Positions 12,905-24,922 of a DNA stretch of 64,000 bases are shown piece after piece. The position numbers and the translations under genes are program-made. The notes beneath the pieces were generated by a model. It had not been told where the DNA came from. It did no database searches and was given only the letters and a program-made list of their open reading frames with translations. The stretch covers positions 22,506,001-22,570,000 of the forward strand of contig OX597819.1 of the NCBI GenBank assembly GCA_951406725.2, written 5' to 3'. Position 1 is the stretch's first letter; each line of letters begins with the position of its first letter. Source of the stretch: Octopus vulgaris. Taxonomy: Eukaryota.

Positions 12905-13900
12905 TTATTTGTTGATTTCATATTTTTCTTTATTGATGAAGAAAAATGTAGAATTCTTGACTGCAATTATTGTTATACTTCGCGATGTTGTAGAATGTGA
13001 ACAGGACATCGGTCCTGTATATTATGCCTACTATATCTGTAAAGACAGATTTTGTTTGCTGCAATGCATAAAATCTGAAAAAGTCGGTGTCAGTGGCTGA
13101 GTCGCTTACGCCCATAGTTATTTCACAGTTATTCAGTTTATACATACGAGTCCATATTTTGTTACTGCAGGAGATTATCGCTTTCCTACACATCTGCGTT
13201 CTTCCTATAAAAGGAGTATATTTCATGGCCAGGATTAAGGCCTTATTGTGAAGTATAGGTTTAATAAATGGGTAGAATAAGTCGATATCTATGTGTTTGA
13301 ATTCAATGTGTATTATGTAAGATAACTTCTTAAACCAGTGAATTAACTCAGTAGTGTACGACATGATGTCAAGATTTCCATGGTTCCTCAATTTTCGGTG
13401 TATTTTATCTATAATCGATTTACCACTTGAACAATATTCGATTTGGATGGGTTAGAAATCTAATGGCTAGGTCTGAGGCGAGGAGTTTTCTTTTTTAAGC
13501 GGAAGGCCCCATTAAGTTTAATCGTAATCTAACGAGGCAGCAACAAAATTTTCCTTATTATTTTCAAAAACCATATTTTGTAGTAAATCACAGAACTAAT
13601 TTGGAAATATTAAAAAAATATAGCACTAAGGCTCGTAGTTTAAGGTGATCTAGATGGGCGTTCATAATTTGCGACCTTAAGGGAGCCTTGATTTTGTTTA
13701 AATATGAAAATATAAATTCGCAGAAATTATTGTGCATGTTGACAAGGTCGTGGTTATTATACCACCATCTTCTGAGAGTTTGATTACTTCTGTCTGCAAC
13801 TCTTACCTTGCAGGCATCAACTAGATATGGTTGAAATGCTAGTTTCAGGGTAATATCGTATTCCTCAAAGTCAGTGAACTTTTCACAATTGTCTTCACTA
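12905..13900 (-). mobile_element. Penelope-like RT fragment (decayed)
   Basis: NPSKSNIGQV, DIDLFYPFI..NKAL and CRKAII...W....ITMGVSDSA resemble the PLE RLINPAKSEIG, FDIxxFYPSI and FDVTMGSYDGA motifs. Confidence 0.7.
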
Positions 13901-14344
13901 ATTAATCTAGAACCCCTGCATATTCATCAACGGATTCATACGAATCTTCATGGTCATAAATAGTCTTAGCTAAATAGGGAAAGTGTTCAGTTGAAATTAC
14001 ATTTAAAGGTAGAAGTTTTTTTTTCAAAAAAGATAGATTTTTTCGGAAATGCTTCAACTTATGACTCAGGTCATAAATTGATTTTTTGTTTTATTCTGCA
14101 AATAAATATTCAAATCATTTTCTTTTGACACGATATCACAAGGAAATGCAAACACTCGTCTAATAATTCACGTTGTTTACTCCATTCTTCATAAATTATC
14201 ATATCTGCCATGCTCACACCTGTCCTTGCGAGTCAACACACTAGAGTGATACATCACATCCACACTGATTACCTCATTGTCCAACCACAGTATGATACGA
14301 AAGTGACGATGCCTTGTTGCACTGACATTCGGCGGGGTGTCATA

Positions 14345-14595
14345 TAAAATAGTTTTTGCTTATGCAATATACAATGAAAAGAAATGAGAACATCGTGATC
14401 TTATACAACTTATTTATTTAAGCAATAAATCCTTAGCGTTTTGCACTAAGGGAAGGAGCACTATCTGTACATACACTAACTAAATTATCCAAGTTCAACC
14501 CAACTTCTTGACATTCATCTTGAAAGTTTGTGAGGATATCTATTCCTCGTGTTCCATCCGTAAGAGTGCACAAAGCCAGTAATTTTTCATACTAA
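14345..14595 (-). mobile_element. hAT transposase fragment
   Basis: EKLLALCTLTDGTRGIDI...LVSVCTDSAPSL, then ISFHCILHKQ in another frame (TDGAP and HCxxH motifs). Confidence 0.8.
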
Positions 14596-15565
14596 ATGAA
14601 AACAGCTGTCTTTGCTTTTGTTTTCCATTTTTAAAAAAGTTTTACAATGCAGCGTTTCGTGCCTCTCCCTCTAAATTGAAATATTATTTTTATGAGTCGT
14701 ATAGTGCTGATGAGCGTTAAGCGTTAATGTCGTTATCGCAGTATCACAAAGCAAACAAAAAGATGGGAAAGAGGGATGTTATTACGGATCTGAAAAAGGG
14801 GTATCAACGAGCGGTTTGACAAGAGGCTCTAATTATAATCATTCAGTCATGTTGAAATTGCAGGGTATTGTTATGAATATAAGTGGGTCATTGATTAAAA
14901 TAAACTACTAATTGGTTATATCATTATAAGTAGAGAGAAAAGAGTAGGTGGTTTGTTAATTAATTCAACATGTAATGCAAACACGTTTTCATGCAAGTAG
15001 TAATGTGGATGAGACTGTGCGGATGGGTGTAAGTGGACAGAGTATGTCCACGTATATATAGACATTATGGGTGTACGTATATGCCTATGCGGATGGGTGT
15101 ACGTGGACAGAGAGCAGGTGTGTCTGAGTATATACCCCTTAACATGAGGATGTAAGACATCATGTGTGTGTGTAGACGTGTTGGTTTATCTCGAGCTGTT
15201 AAGCGGTAATAACGTGGAGGAGAGGTTGTATGCGTATGCATGTATGTAAGAGATAGTTATGAAGATGTGCTGGGTAGCAGGTTTTGTGTTAAGGTTCTGA
15301 ATGTAAGTGGTAGTGTGGTGATGTAATAAAGCTGGTAGGTTGGGTGTGTCTGAGCGGGGTACGATAGACGGTGCACTGAAAGCGAAGGGGCAATTGAGGA
15401 GAAAAAGAATGCTAGCGGATTCTGTTATAGTGGCCTTGAAGAATTCCGAGAGGTGTCAGATGAATGATCGGCGGAATGTAAAGAAATGTTACCTTTTAAT
15501 CAATTTTTTCTTCTAATGATTTCTAACAATCATTAAAATCACAGTGCACACACACACACACACAC

Positions 15566-15648
<83 letters not shown>

Positions 15649-15686
15649 CAAAACAAAAAGAAACTGCATTATTTCTCTGTAATTAG

Positions 15687-15692
15687 TTTATT
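15687..15692 (-). terminator. Candidate polyadenylation signal (AATAAA) of gene A
   Basis: TTTATT on the plus strand, about 90 nt downstream of the predicted stop codon. Confidence 0.5.
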
Positions 15693-15782
15693 ACATTATG
15701 TCTCACTCGTAGTTCAGTGATGATATAATTTTTATACCATATAATTATTATCGGGATAATTATTATCTCGTCCTTCATCAGT

Positions 15783-15837
15783 TCATAGTAAACTGGTTTC
15801 GTTTTGGCTTCGGTTTGCGATCGGTAAGTCTCTCTTT
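15783..15837 (-). CDS. Gene A exon 5 (terminal coding): (L)KRDLPIANRSQNETSLL*
   Basis: Acceptor ttcacttttacag|A. Phase 2 matches the exon 4 donor. TGA at 15783-15785. A homologous exon lies at 53210. Confidence 0.75.
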
Positions 15838-16173
15838 CTGTAAAAGTGAAGATATGCAAAACTATTATTTATATAAAACGAAAACAAATATTAACAAATA
15901 AGATGGGCCAGCAATGTTAACTATGAAGTTGAGACGTAAATACAATGATATAAATCTTTCCAACCAACTTTACAGTCATTAAACAATACAGTTAAAACTG
16001 CGCTGAATTCAATTGTTGAGGTGGTGAGAGCTATGAGTCAGAGTAATCGCATGCTAAAGCAAAATATATTATAATTATTTATTTTTTCGGTTTACAATGT
16101 AGACAAATACAAACACAAAAACAAATATATAGGTAGTTACATATACATTAATATACATACATAAATACATACA

Positions 16174-16241
<68 letters not shown>

Positions 16242-17072
16242 GCATTTCTTATCGGATGAATGGGATTTCGACCTTTCATTGGAATAATTTCCAAAAATGT
16301 CTAATCTCTTTTCTTCATACTTTATTTGTGAATTTTCTTATATAAATTCGCAAAGGTATGAAATCATGCATAGAAATAATCAACATATGATTTGCCTTGT
16401 GAAACACAGTTCAATAGATTCGTTCATATTTATATAATGGAGGATATTAGATATTAAAATAGATTATAATTTTTATAATTGTTATACAATTTGTTTCTTA
16501 CAAAAAGACTCAGATATTCATAAATAGAAAATCGCAATAGTCATATTTGTACTCATCAGTAGCTAATATTAAAACTAAAAAATACGTTAGAAGTACATAG
16601 TTTTTCTCTTAGTTACCATTTTAGGACTATTGTGTCCGTTCTTGCAATCATGTCTATTTGAATCAACACTGAAAAAAATATATTAATTGAATGCTAATTT
16701 ATATAATATCAAAATTGACACTCTCTCTATGAATTCGTATACGTGTGTCTATTTAAAGCTCCTTAAATAAAAGTTTATTATTGGTCAGGCTGTATTTGTA
16801 CGTAAGATGAAGAATCCCAAATAAGGGAGTTAATGAATTTTCAAATGCAAATTTAGTTTTTACTTAACTGAGAGTTATCCTTTCGACTTAAGAAATTTTT
16901 AGAAAATATGGTGTTTAATAGTATTAAATAATTTCAGGTTTGTAAAATTTATAATTTAAGTATTTATCGTAAATAATACGGCCAATATTCATTGACAAAA
17001 ATAAGTATATAAGTCGTATTTAATTATCTATTGATATGGTTTTAAGAAAACCATCCCCTCTCATTCTTGATT

Positions 17073-17103
<31 letters not shown>

Positions 17104-17159
17104 CCTAAATGCTGTAAGTTCACCCACATAAGTACATATAATTCCATAAAATGCATGTG

Positions 17160-17200
<41 letters not shown>

Positions 17201-18714
17201 CCATACCGTCCACAAACTTTATACTCATATTTTCTGCATGCGCCACTTTATTACTAAGTATATATGCATTCTATAAAATATATGTACGAATACTATAATT
17301 AATTACATAGTTTATATTCATACCTATAGTATAAATATAATAGCATAATAATATTAATAAATATATCTCCCCCACATATCTATATTTGTTTCATCTGTCA
17401 TTTAATCCAAACTTTTTACTAGAAATAGACAAAGGGAGAGAACCCGTTGTTCTTAACTATAATAATTATTTGGAATAAGTAGCGTTCCTTCTTTTTTTTT
17501 TAAATAGATAAACATCTTATATTTTCATTTATTTCGCACAAATCAACAAATTCTTCATAGTTTTTTTTTATGAACTTAATAGTTTGTTCTGCATAACTCA
17601 ACGTATCTGTTAGCGAATTTACAATGCTACATATAGCATCAATCTTTCTTCAGAATAATTAATGAAAGTTTTCTTCATAGCTGAACGATAATGCCATACT
17701 TGAAAATTTTATTTTACATGAATACCCTCCACTATTAATTGATCTTAACAAGTAAAGAAATACGAAGTTTTATTAGGGAACCGTTAATTTATTTCCTGCC
17801 CCATAGTTATCTAAGTATAACATATAGCTTATTTTTTCTTAGCTATAACTTTATAAATATTAAAATCTGCACATACAGATTTTATTATATATCATTAATC
17901 CCTTTTTGATTTAACTATAATATTATTTCGTTATTTCTTCCCCCAGAAAATCTATTTCACTTAATATTATCATTTAAAAAAAAATTATTTCACATTCCTC
18001 CCTATTTCTTAATTTACCTCGTCAATGTTTTTCCTTAACGTATTCAAAATACTTCACCCTTATTACATTATGTCTCTCACAACACTTAAATATCTATATA
18101 TTCTCTTAAATGGTTATTTACTGTCTTTCTAGACACATAGCCGTCTTTTTTTTTAAATTCTTAATATGTTTCTAAAAGTTTTGATTAGCTAATACTTCCC
18201 ACTATTGCTCAATCGGCGTCCCCTCCAACTTTTCTTACAAACAAATGTTTACATTACGAAGCTACTCAACATATAAATATGTAGTCCTCATCCAACTTCT
18301 CTAGAAAGCTTTTTACCACCAACTTGTATTCCTGTGGAAAACGTGTAAGCATGAGCTTTTTGAATAACATAGCCCTGCCGATACCTGGTTACTTTGTTGT
18401 TATTTTGTACATCTAAAACGATTAACATCGTTCGAATAAGCCGAAGAACTGTTTACATAGTGACCTGATTAAAACATTGTAGGTACCTCTTATACATAAT
18501 CTCTTTTATTTCACGTTAATGTATCTTCATTTAAATTTTGTTTCTATTAAACTATTTATTAAGTTCATATTGTGATACAAATAAAATAAGTATCCACAAT
18601 ATTTTTTCTCTTTTTCTTATAGTACAGTATATCATTGAAAACACCAAACAGTTCATCTCTGGATTTTATAAACACTAAACAGACATTATCCTCAACTGAC
18701 TATATATATATATA

Positions 18715-19480
18715 GAATTAAAATCAAAATGAGGTTGAAAAAATTGTATATTAATTTAATAACATCAATTTAACACCAGTGGTTTAGCGCATAAAAAACT
18801 GAGATTCAATAAATTATTTAACAATAAAACAATTGTATGGGGTTAATCTATATTTTTGTTATTATTCATTTGTCCTGCTCACTTACGTTCATAGTGTGCT
18901 AAGTTTTTCTTGAGAACAATCTTTAGTGGTTAGCTTACGGGCGTCCACTTTAGTGGATTCTCTCTCATATGTGTATTAAAAATATTAACTGAATCTCAGT
19001 TTTTTATGCGCTAAACCACTGGTGTTAAATTGATGTTATTAAATTAATATACAATTTTTTCACCCTCATTTTGATTTTAATTCTTAATTAATCTGTTCTC
19101 AAACCGGCGTAAACTACTGCAGTGAATTGTTTATGCAGTATTTATTTCTGGATATTTGACGCGCCAGAACGAGGGCATTTGAATATAATTATGAATATAA
19201 TAGGCCGTACTGCTCGTATTTTTGACCTCGTGTTAAGATATGCCGTGCAGTTCGACAAATTATATTTTTGACGGACTCCACTGATGATCTGCAAATTAAT
19301 TGTGTAAGTAAAAATTGCATAATTTATTAACAGTGAAACAATTGTATGGGGCTAATCTATATTTTTGTTATTTTTCATTTGTCCTGCTCGTTTACGCTCA
19401 TAGTGTAACAAATTGAGAACAATTTTTAGTGGTTAGCGTAAGGGCGGTCAATTTAGTGGTTTCTCTCTCATATGTGTATT
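18715..19480. mobile_element. Penelope pLTR-like element with inverted and direct repeats
   Basis: Arms 18715-18810 and about 18985-19084 are inverted. 18815-18980 is directly repeated at 19325-19480. Both ends sit in (TA)n. Confidence 0.65.
19276..19351 (+). ncRNA. Minimal type I hammerhead ribozyme-like motif
   Basis: CTCCA-CTGATGA-T-CTG...CAG-T-GAAAC-AATT-GTA-TGGGG: stem I CUCCA/UGGGG, palindromic stem III ACAAUUGU, GUA triplet. Confidence 0.65.
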
Positions 19481-19484
19481 AATG

Positions 19485-19519
<35 letters not shown>

Positions 19520-19525
<6 letters not shown>

Positions 19526-20075
19526 CTGTCTGTCTGTGTGAATCCCTAAAACTTGAGAACTACACAACCAATTTCATTCAAAATTTACACATGCTGTACT
19601 TACGGTCCATGTAGTGTCATGGGCAAAAAATTTCTAACGTCTTACCTAGGGCGAGCCCACAGCAATATCATATCTTCCCCACTATTTCAGTATTAGGTGT
19701 TAAAAGTGAAACAAAACATCTCTCTATTGTAATGTCAGATACTTTCACTTTAATACTGAAACTATTAAATATAAAGGTCACTATGTTTTATCTCTTATTA
19801 TAAAAGGCAGATTTTATCTGCCTCCCTTTGGGAGTTATAGAAATCTACAATATAGGATTTCTTCAATTACAATTTACCTAGCATTTTTGAGAGTACAATG
19901 CATCGCGTCATGCCAGGTCCAGTTTTTAAAATTTAAACTCCAATTAAGCAAAATTTACAGAAAACTCACACTCTGGTGTGTGTGTCAAATGCTTTTCTTA
20001 GTCTGGTTTACACCACACGCAAACGCACACACACAGTGGGCAACGAATAAAATGAAAGTAATTCCCTTACTGTAG
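19520..20075 (+). mobile_element. Non-autonomous Helitron-like fragments
   Basis: 19791-20055 is near-identical to 21764-22030 and starts A|TCTCTTATTATAAAAGG. Confidence 0.65.
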
Positions 20076-20303
20076 TGAGTGATTCTTTCACTCTGCCTCC
20101 CACTTCCTCTTTCCACACAGACACGCAAATATATAAATAAAATTGTAAGCTAACGTGCGTGTGTGTGAGTGTGTGTGTGTGTGTGTGTGTGCGCGTGTGT
20201 GTGTGTGTGAGGGTGCGTGTGTGTGTGTGTGTGCGTGTGCGTGAGTGTGTGACAGGAAAGTTTTTTACGACGAATATAATACCTATATCCAAGTAGCAGA
20301 AAG

Positions 20304-20570
20304 ATAAGACAGTAAGGTGTGATTTGAGGGAGATTTGGCTGCTATTTCTACCATGTCTAGCTGCCATGTAGGGGTCTCCCTCATAGGCTCATACATACAT
20401 ATATACATAGATAAGACAGTAAGGTGTGATTTGGGGGAAATTTGGCTGCTATTTCTACCAGGTCTAGCTACCATGTAGAGGTCCCCCTCATTGGCTCATA
20501 TATATATACATGCATAAGACAGTAAGGTGTGATTTGAGGGAGATTTGGCTGCTGTTTCTACCAGGTCTGT
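20304..20570. repeat. Tandem repeat, about 105-bp unit, about 2.5 copies
   Basis: ATAAGACAGTAAGGTGTGATTTG..GGCTGCTATTTCTACCA recurs at 20304, 20411 and 20514. Confidence 0.9.
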
Positions 20571-20895
20571 TAGGCCTTCTCATGTAAACTCAAGCTTTAT
20601 CATGCCTTGAACATAAGACCAAAGCAGAGAATGTATTCTTTTATTCTTCTGCTTTTTCCAGCCATTGGTCTGTGGCCATGCTGGGGCAATGCCTTGAAGA
20701 ATTGTAGTTTAATGAATCAACTCCAGTTTTATTTTTGTAAGCATTGTACTTATTCTATCTGTTTCCTTTGTCAAACCACTAGGTGACAGGGATGTAAACA
20801 AACCAACATTCGTTGTCAAGCAGTGGTGGAGGACAATCACAAGCACAGACACGCACACACACACACATACATGCATACACATACATACATACACA

Positions 20896-20931
<36 letters not shown>

Positions 20932-20950
20932 TATGTGTGTATATATATAT

Positions 20951-21207
20951 TGCAGCGTGGAAGGTGTTTGTAAGCCATTTAAGAAACACACAAAAACCGT
21001 TACATTCACTTCAACATTTAAATTTAATTTGCCAAAATATTTTCGTCGCTTTGAGACCGCGACCTGTTCACTGACAAAAATATCGTGCTAACAGGTCGCG
21101 GTCTCAAAGCGACGAAAATATTTTGACAAATTAAATTTAAATGTTGAAGTGAATCTAACGTTTTTTGTGTGTTTCTTAAATGGCTTATAAACACCTTCAA
21201 CGCTGCA
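20951..21207. repeat. Long near-perfect inverted repeat
   Basis: TGCAGCGTGGAAGGTG...CGACCTGTT and AACAGGTCG...CACCTTCAACGCTGCA, separated by a spacer of about 20 nt. Confidence 0.95.
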
Positions 21208-21268
21208 ACTGTTTTCGTTCCAGCACACGATCTCAGATCAAGTCACTTGCTATGCAAGTACATCTCTG

Positions 21269-21305
<37 letters not shown>

Positions 21306-21368
21306 TGGTAAAAACAGTAAGATAACAAAAGAAAGAAAGAGACCTCAATATTATGTAAATAGAGGAAA

Positions 21369-21763
21369 TCTTCATATATAAAAGTGAGGTTGTGTGTCTG
21401 TCTCCTACGATTTAGATTCCTAACTACTCCCACATTTTGCGGTGCAGTTTAACCAAAACCGGGTATCTTATAGTCGTGATTCATATCGAGACCGTCTGGG
21501 TATTAGCGCGCGTCTACGATGAGTCTACGATTTAAAAAAAAATTTACCATCAATTTTTCCCATTTTTAATCCATTTTTGACATATATAAGGGAAGTAACT
21601 CTCTAAAATTTATTATTAAATCTCAGAACGTAAAAAGCTACAGTAACACCCCTCCCCCTTTGTGGTTAGCCATATTGAGATGGCTATTATACTTTACATC
21701 TCTAAAAATGCTTATATAATTATTTCCCTTACAAACCCGAGCAACGCCGGGCGATACTGCTAG
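21369..21763 (+). mobile_element. Non-autonomous Helitron
   Basis: A|TC 5' end, 3' hairpin CCCGAGCAACGCCGGG and CTAG|T terminus. Confidence 0.9.
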
Positions 21764-22190
21764 TCTCTTATTATAAAAGGCAGATTTTATCTGCCTCCCT
21801 TTGGGAGTTATACAAATCTACAATATAGGATTTCTTCAATTACAATTTACCTAGCATTTTTCAGAGTACAACGCATCGCGTCATGCCAGGTCCAGTTTTT
21901 AAAATTTAAACTCCAATTAAGCAAAATTTACAGAAAACTCACATTCTGGTGTATGTGTCAAATGCTTTTCTTAGTCTGGTTTACAGCACACGCAAACGCA
22001 CACACACAGTGGGCAACGAATAAAGTGAAACTAGATGTAATATTTGTTTCTCTCTATCATGCTGATAGATACATGAGTAAAATGTATGGGAAGCTAACAG
22101 ATAACAGTGAGTGAAAATGTTCTTGGAAGAGAGTAAATTACCGACAGTATGAAACAGTGTTTATGTATAAACAGACGACACTTATATAAA
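21764..22190 (+). mobile_element. Second Helitron-like element abutting head-to-tail
   Basis: Begins TCTCTTATTATAAAAGG immediately after the preceding CTAG; another copy starts at 19791. Confidence 0.7.
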
Positions 22191-22517
22191 CCCTTTCGTT
22201 ACCAAACCGCCCGAATTTACCTATTCATATTTAAATGAGAATATCAGAGTAAATCTCTTTAGTACATTCGTGAAAACACGTATTATACTTCGTAAACACT
22301 TCAAATACAGTTTTGTACAAAAATCGAAGTGTAATTTTAATTCCGTGAATTATGGGACATTTTTTTCCGAAATTTGTTCCTATTGTGTTTTCAAAATTTT
22401 TAATTCTGACAAAAAATGGATACGAATTTCATTATATCAAGCAGCGAGTCAGAATTCGAAGGATTTTCTACTGAAGACCTTCATAAATCTAACTCTATGA
22501 CTGAAAAAAAAAAAGCA

Positions 22518-22914
22518 TCTTTATATAAGAGTGACGTTGTGTGTCTGTCCCCTTCGATTTAGATTCGTAACTACTCCCACATTTTGCCGTGCAGTTTAAC
22601 CAAAAGCGGGTATCTTATAGTCGTGATTCATATCGAGCCCTTCTGGGTATTAGCGCGCGTCTACGATGAGTCTACGATTTTAAAAAAAATTACCATCATA
22701 TTTTTCCATTTTAATGCATTTTTTTCGCTTTTATATAAGGGAAGTAACTCTCTAAAAATATCTACGATGTGTCAACGTGTTTTAAAAAAAAATTTACCTT
22801 AATTTTTTTTCAATTTTTAATGCATTTTTTTGCTATTTTTTGGCTATAACTCTCTAAAAATGCTTATATAGTTATTTCCCTTACAACCCGAGCAACGCCG
22901 GGCGATACTGCTAG
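22518..22914 (+). mobile_element. Non-autonomous Helitron (same family as 21369)
   Basis: A|TC start, CCCGAGCAACGCCGGG hairpin and CTAG|T end. Confidence 0.9.
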
Positions 22915-23342
22915 TATATATATAAAGTCAAACTATTATATAAGAGGAATGAACCATTAACAGTGGACATCCATTTTGCTAGAAGAAGATCCGCTATGGT
23001 CTTATATGCTACAGCACTGGTTTTCAATTCATATTAATCAAATTGATATTCAATTTCTCACCCTTATTATTTTAAATTTAAACCCAGGACCATGTGTTTT
23101 GGAACGAAGTTTGTTACCACACAGCCACACCTGCACCTATGTATATGTATTTTGTGTGTGTGTGTGTGTGTATAGCTGTATATGTATACATTTATTTCTA
23201 TACATATAGATGTATATGTATATATGTATACATGTATATGTGTAGATGTATATATATATATATAGATGTACAAGTAATATGTACACATATATATTCACAT
23301 ATATACATGCATACATATATATACACCTATACACACATAGAT

Positions 23343-23675
23343 AGGTGCAGGTGTGGATGTGTGGTAACAAACTTCGTTCCTAAACACATAGTCCTGGGTT
23401 CAGTCCCACTATGTGGTGACTTGGCATGTGTCTTCTGCTATAGTCTCAGACCTACCAAAGCCTTGTCAGTGGATTTTGTAGATAGAAACTGAAAGAAATC
23501 AATTGTATATATATATGTATATATGTAATTCTCTGTGTGTGTCTTTGTGTTTCTCCCTCATCACTGCCTCACTAATGTTCGTGTGTGTACGTCTCCATAA
23601 ACTAGAGTTTCCGCAATATTGGATATTCTTTGTCTAAAATCCTTTAAGGCAGTGCTCCAGCATGGCCGCAGTCAT
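23343..23675 (+). mobile_element. tRNA-derived SINE (CORE-like octopod family)
   Basis: TGTGTGGTAA A-box, GGTTCAGTCCC B-box and GTGCTCCAGCATGGCCGCAGTC tail. Relatives at 20650-20850, 24925-25010, 34270-34765 and 49975-50360. Confidence 0.8.
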
Positions 23676-23800
23676 GCTCTACTTAAGAAATACTAAGCAG
23701 TTTGAGGTTGGCTACCCTGAAAAAACAAACAATCACGTTTTATATATAATTAAAATAGGGATTTTAACAGAATATTCAACTGGAAATGCTAAGATTTGTA

Positions 23801-24342
23801 TTGCGTTGTCCGGAAAGTTCGTGCCGTTGTTTAAAGGAAAGAAAAAGGTCAATAAATACTTGCCATTATATTTTTAATCAACCAGATATGAACCATTTTG
23901 TTGCACAATGCGTCTCTATCTTTCCTTTAACTTGAAAATACCCACTTCGCAGAATTGAGGTGGTTTCATGTCAAAGAATTCATCAAGGTATCTTTTTACG
24001 TCATCCAAGGAATTGAAGTTTTTACCGTTAAGACTATTCTGCGGAGACCTGAATAAGTGGAAATCCGAAGGAGCAATATCTGGTGAATATGGAGGGTGGG
24101 GTAACACATCACACCCGAGCTGCAGCAATTTTTGCCTGGTTCCCAAAACTTCAAGTATCGGAAACTTTCTTATCTTCCATTTTAAAGGGTTACAGAATTA
24201 ACACATGTTCCAGAAAAAGATAGCTTACACTGTGCTCTAAATGGAGGTATAGTCAAATCCTATTTTATGAACTCAACCATGTTCTAAAATAAGTCGAATG
24301 ATAAGCTACTATAAATCGGCTCGAACTTTCCGGACAACCCAA
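23801..24342 (-). mobile_element. Internally deleted mariner
   Basis: TIRs TTG(C/G)GTTGTCCGGAAAGTTCG with TA flanks; LPHPPYSPDIAPSDFHLF motif. Confidence 0.95.
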
Positions 24343-24478
24343 TATTTTCACATCTGGATTAGAACTAACAAGTGTTAAATTTACAACTGAAGAGGAAATG
24401 TTACAAGGACAACGCAACAATGATATGGAAATAATGTAATATATGAGCTAAATAAAATATCTTCAAATATGTACTTAC

Positions 24479-24626
24479 AGGCGTAAACAAGATCTACTTG
24501 GTTTTGATGTGATTCGAACGTTTCTATTTCCCAAATATTTGCACGTGTGAGTCCAGCATACACCGTCTTCCATGGCCACCCAAGTTGCGTCTCTCTTAAT
24601 ACATGAGCCATTATCCTTCCGACAAT
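24479..24626 (-). CDS. Gene A exon 4: (Y)CRKDNGSCIKRDATWVAMEDGVCWTHTCKYLGNRNVRITSKPSRSCLR(L)
   Basis: Acceptor ttctcttatcaacgacag|AT and donor CT|gtaagt. 148 nt, phase 1 to 2, open frame with 5 Cys. Confidence 0.85.
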
Positions 24627-24865
24627 CTGTCGTTGATAAGAGAACGAACAGTGTATTGGTCATTGTGTTATAATTTTTTCTATAAAATATTTAATGCTTA
24701 TACTGGTCTAAAACTTTACCAAAGGGCCAGCAATTTCAGAGGAACGGTCCGGTCAAGTCGATTAAAATTACTGTTACTTATTTTATCGATCTAGAAGTTT
24801 AAATTCAGATCGGAAAGATAGGATTGGGATAAAGTATATAAAGTTTAAAATTATTATTAAAAAAT

Positions 24866-24922
<57 letters not shown>

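Noticed and set aside
15765-15802. Hammerhead in the gene A terminal exon (GAAAC...CTGATGA on the minus strand)
   Set aside because: No supporting helices; chance occurrence.
20304-20570. Possible CRISPR-like array
   Set aside because: Whole units repeat with no unique spacers, in a eukaryotic context with no cas genes.
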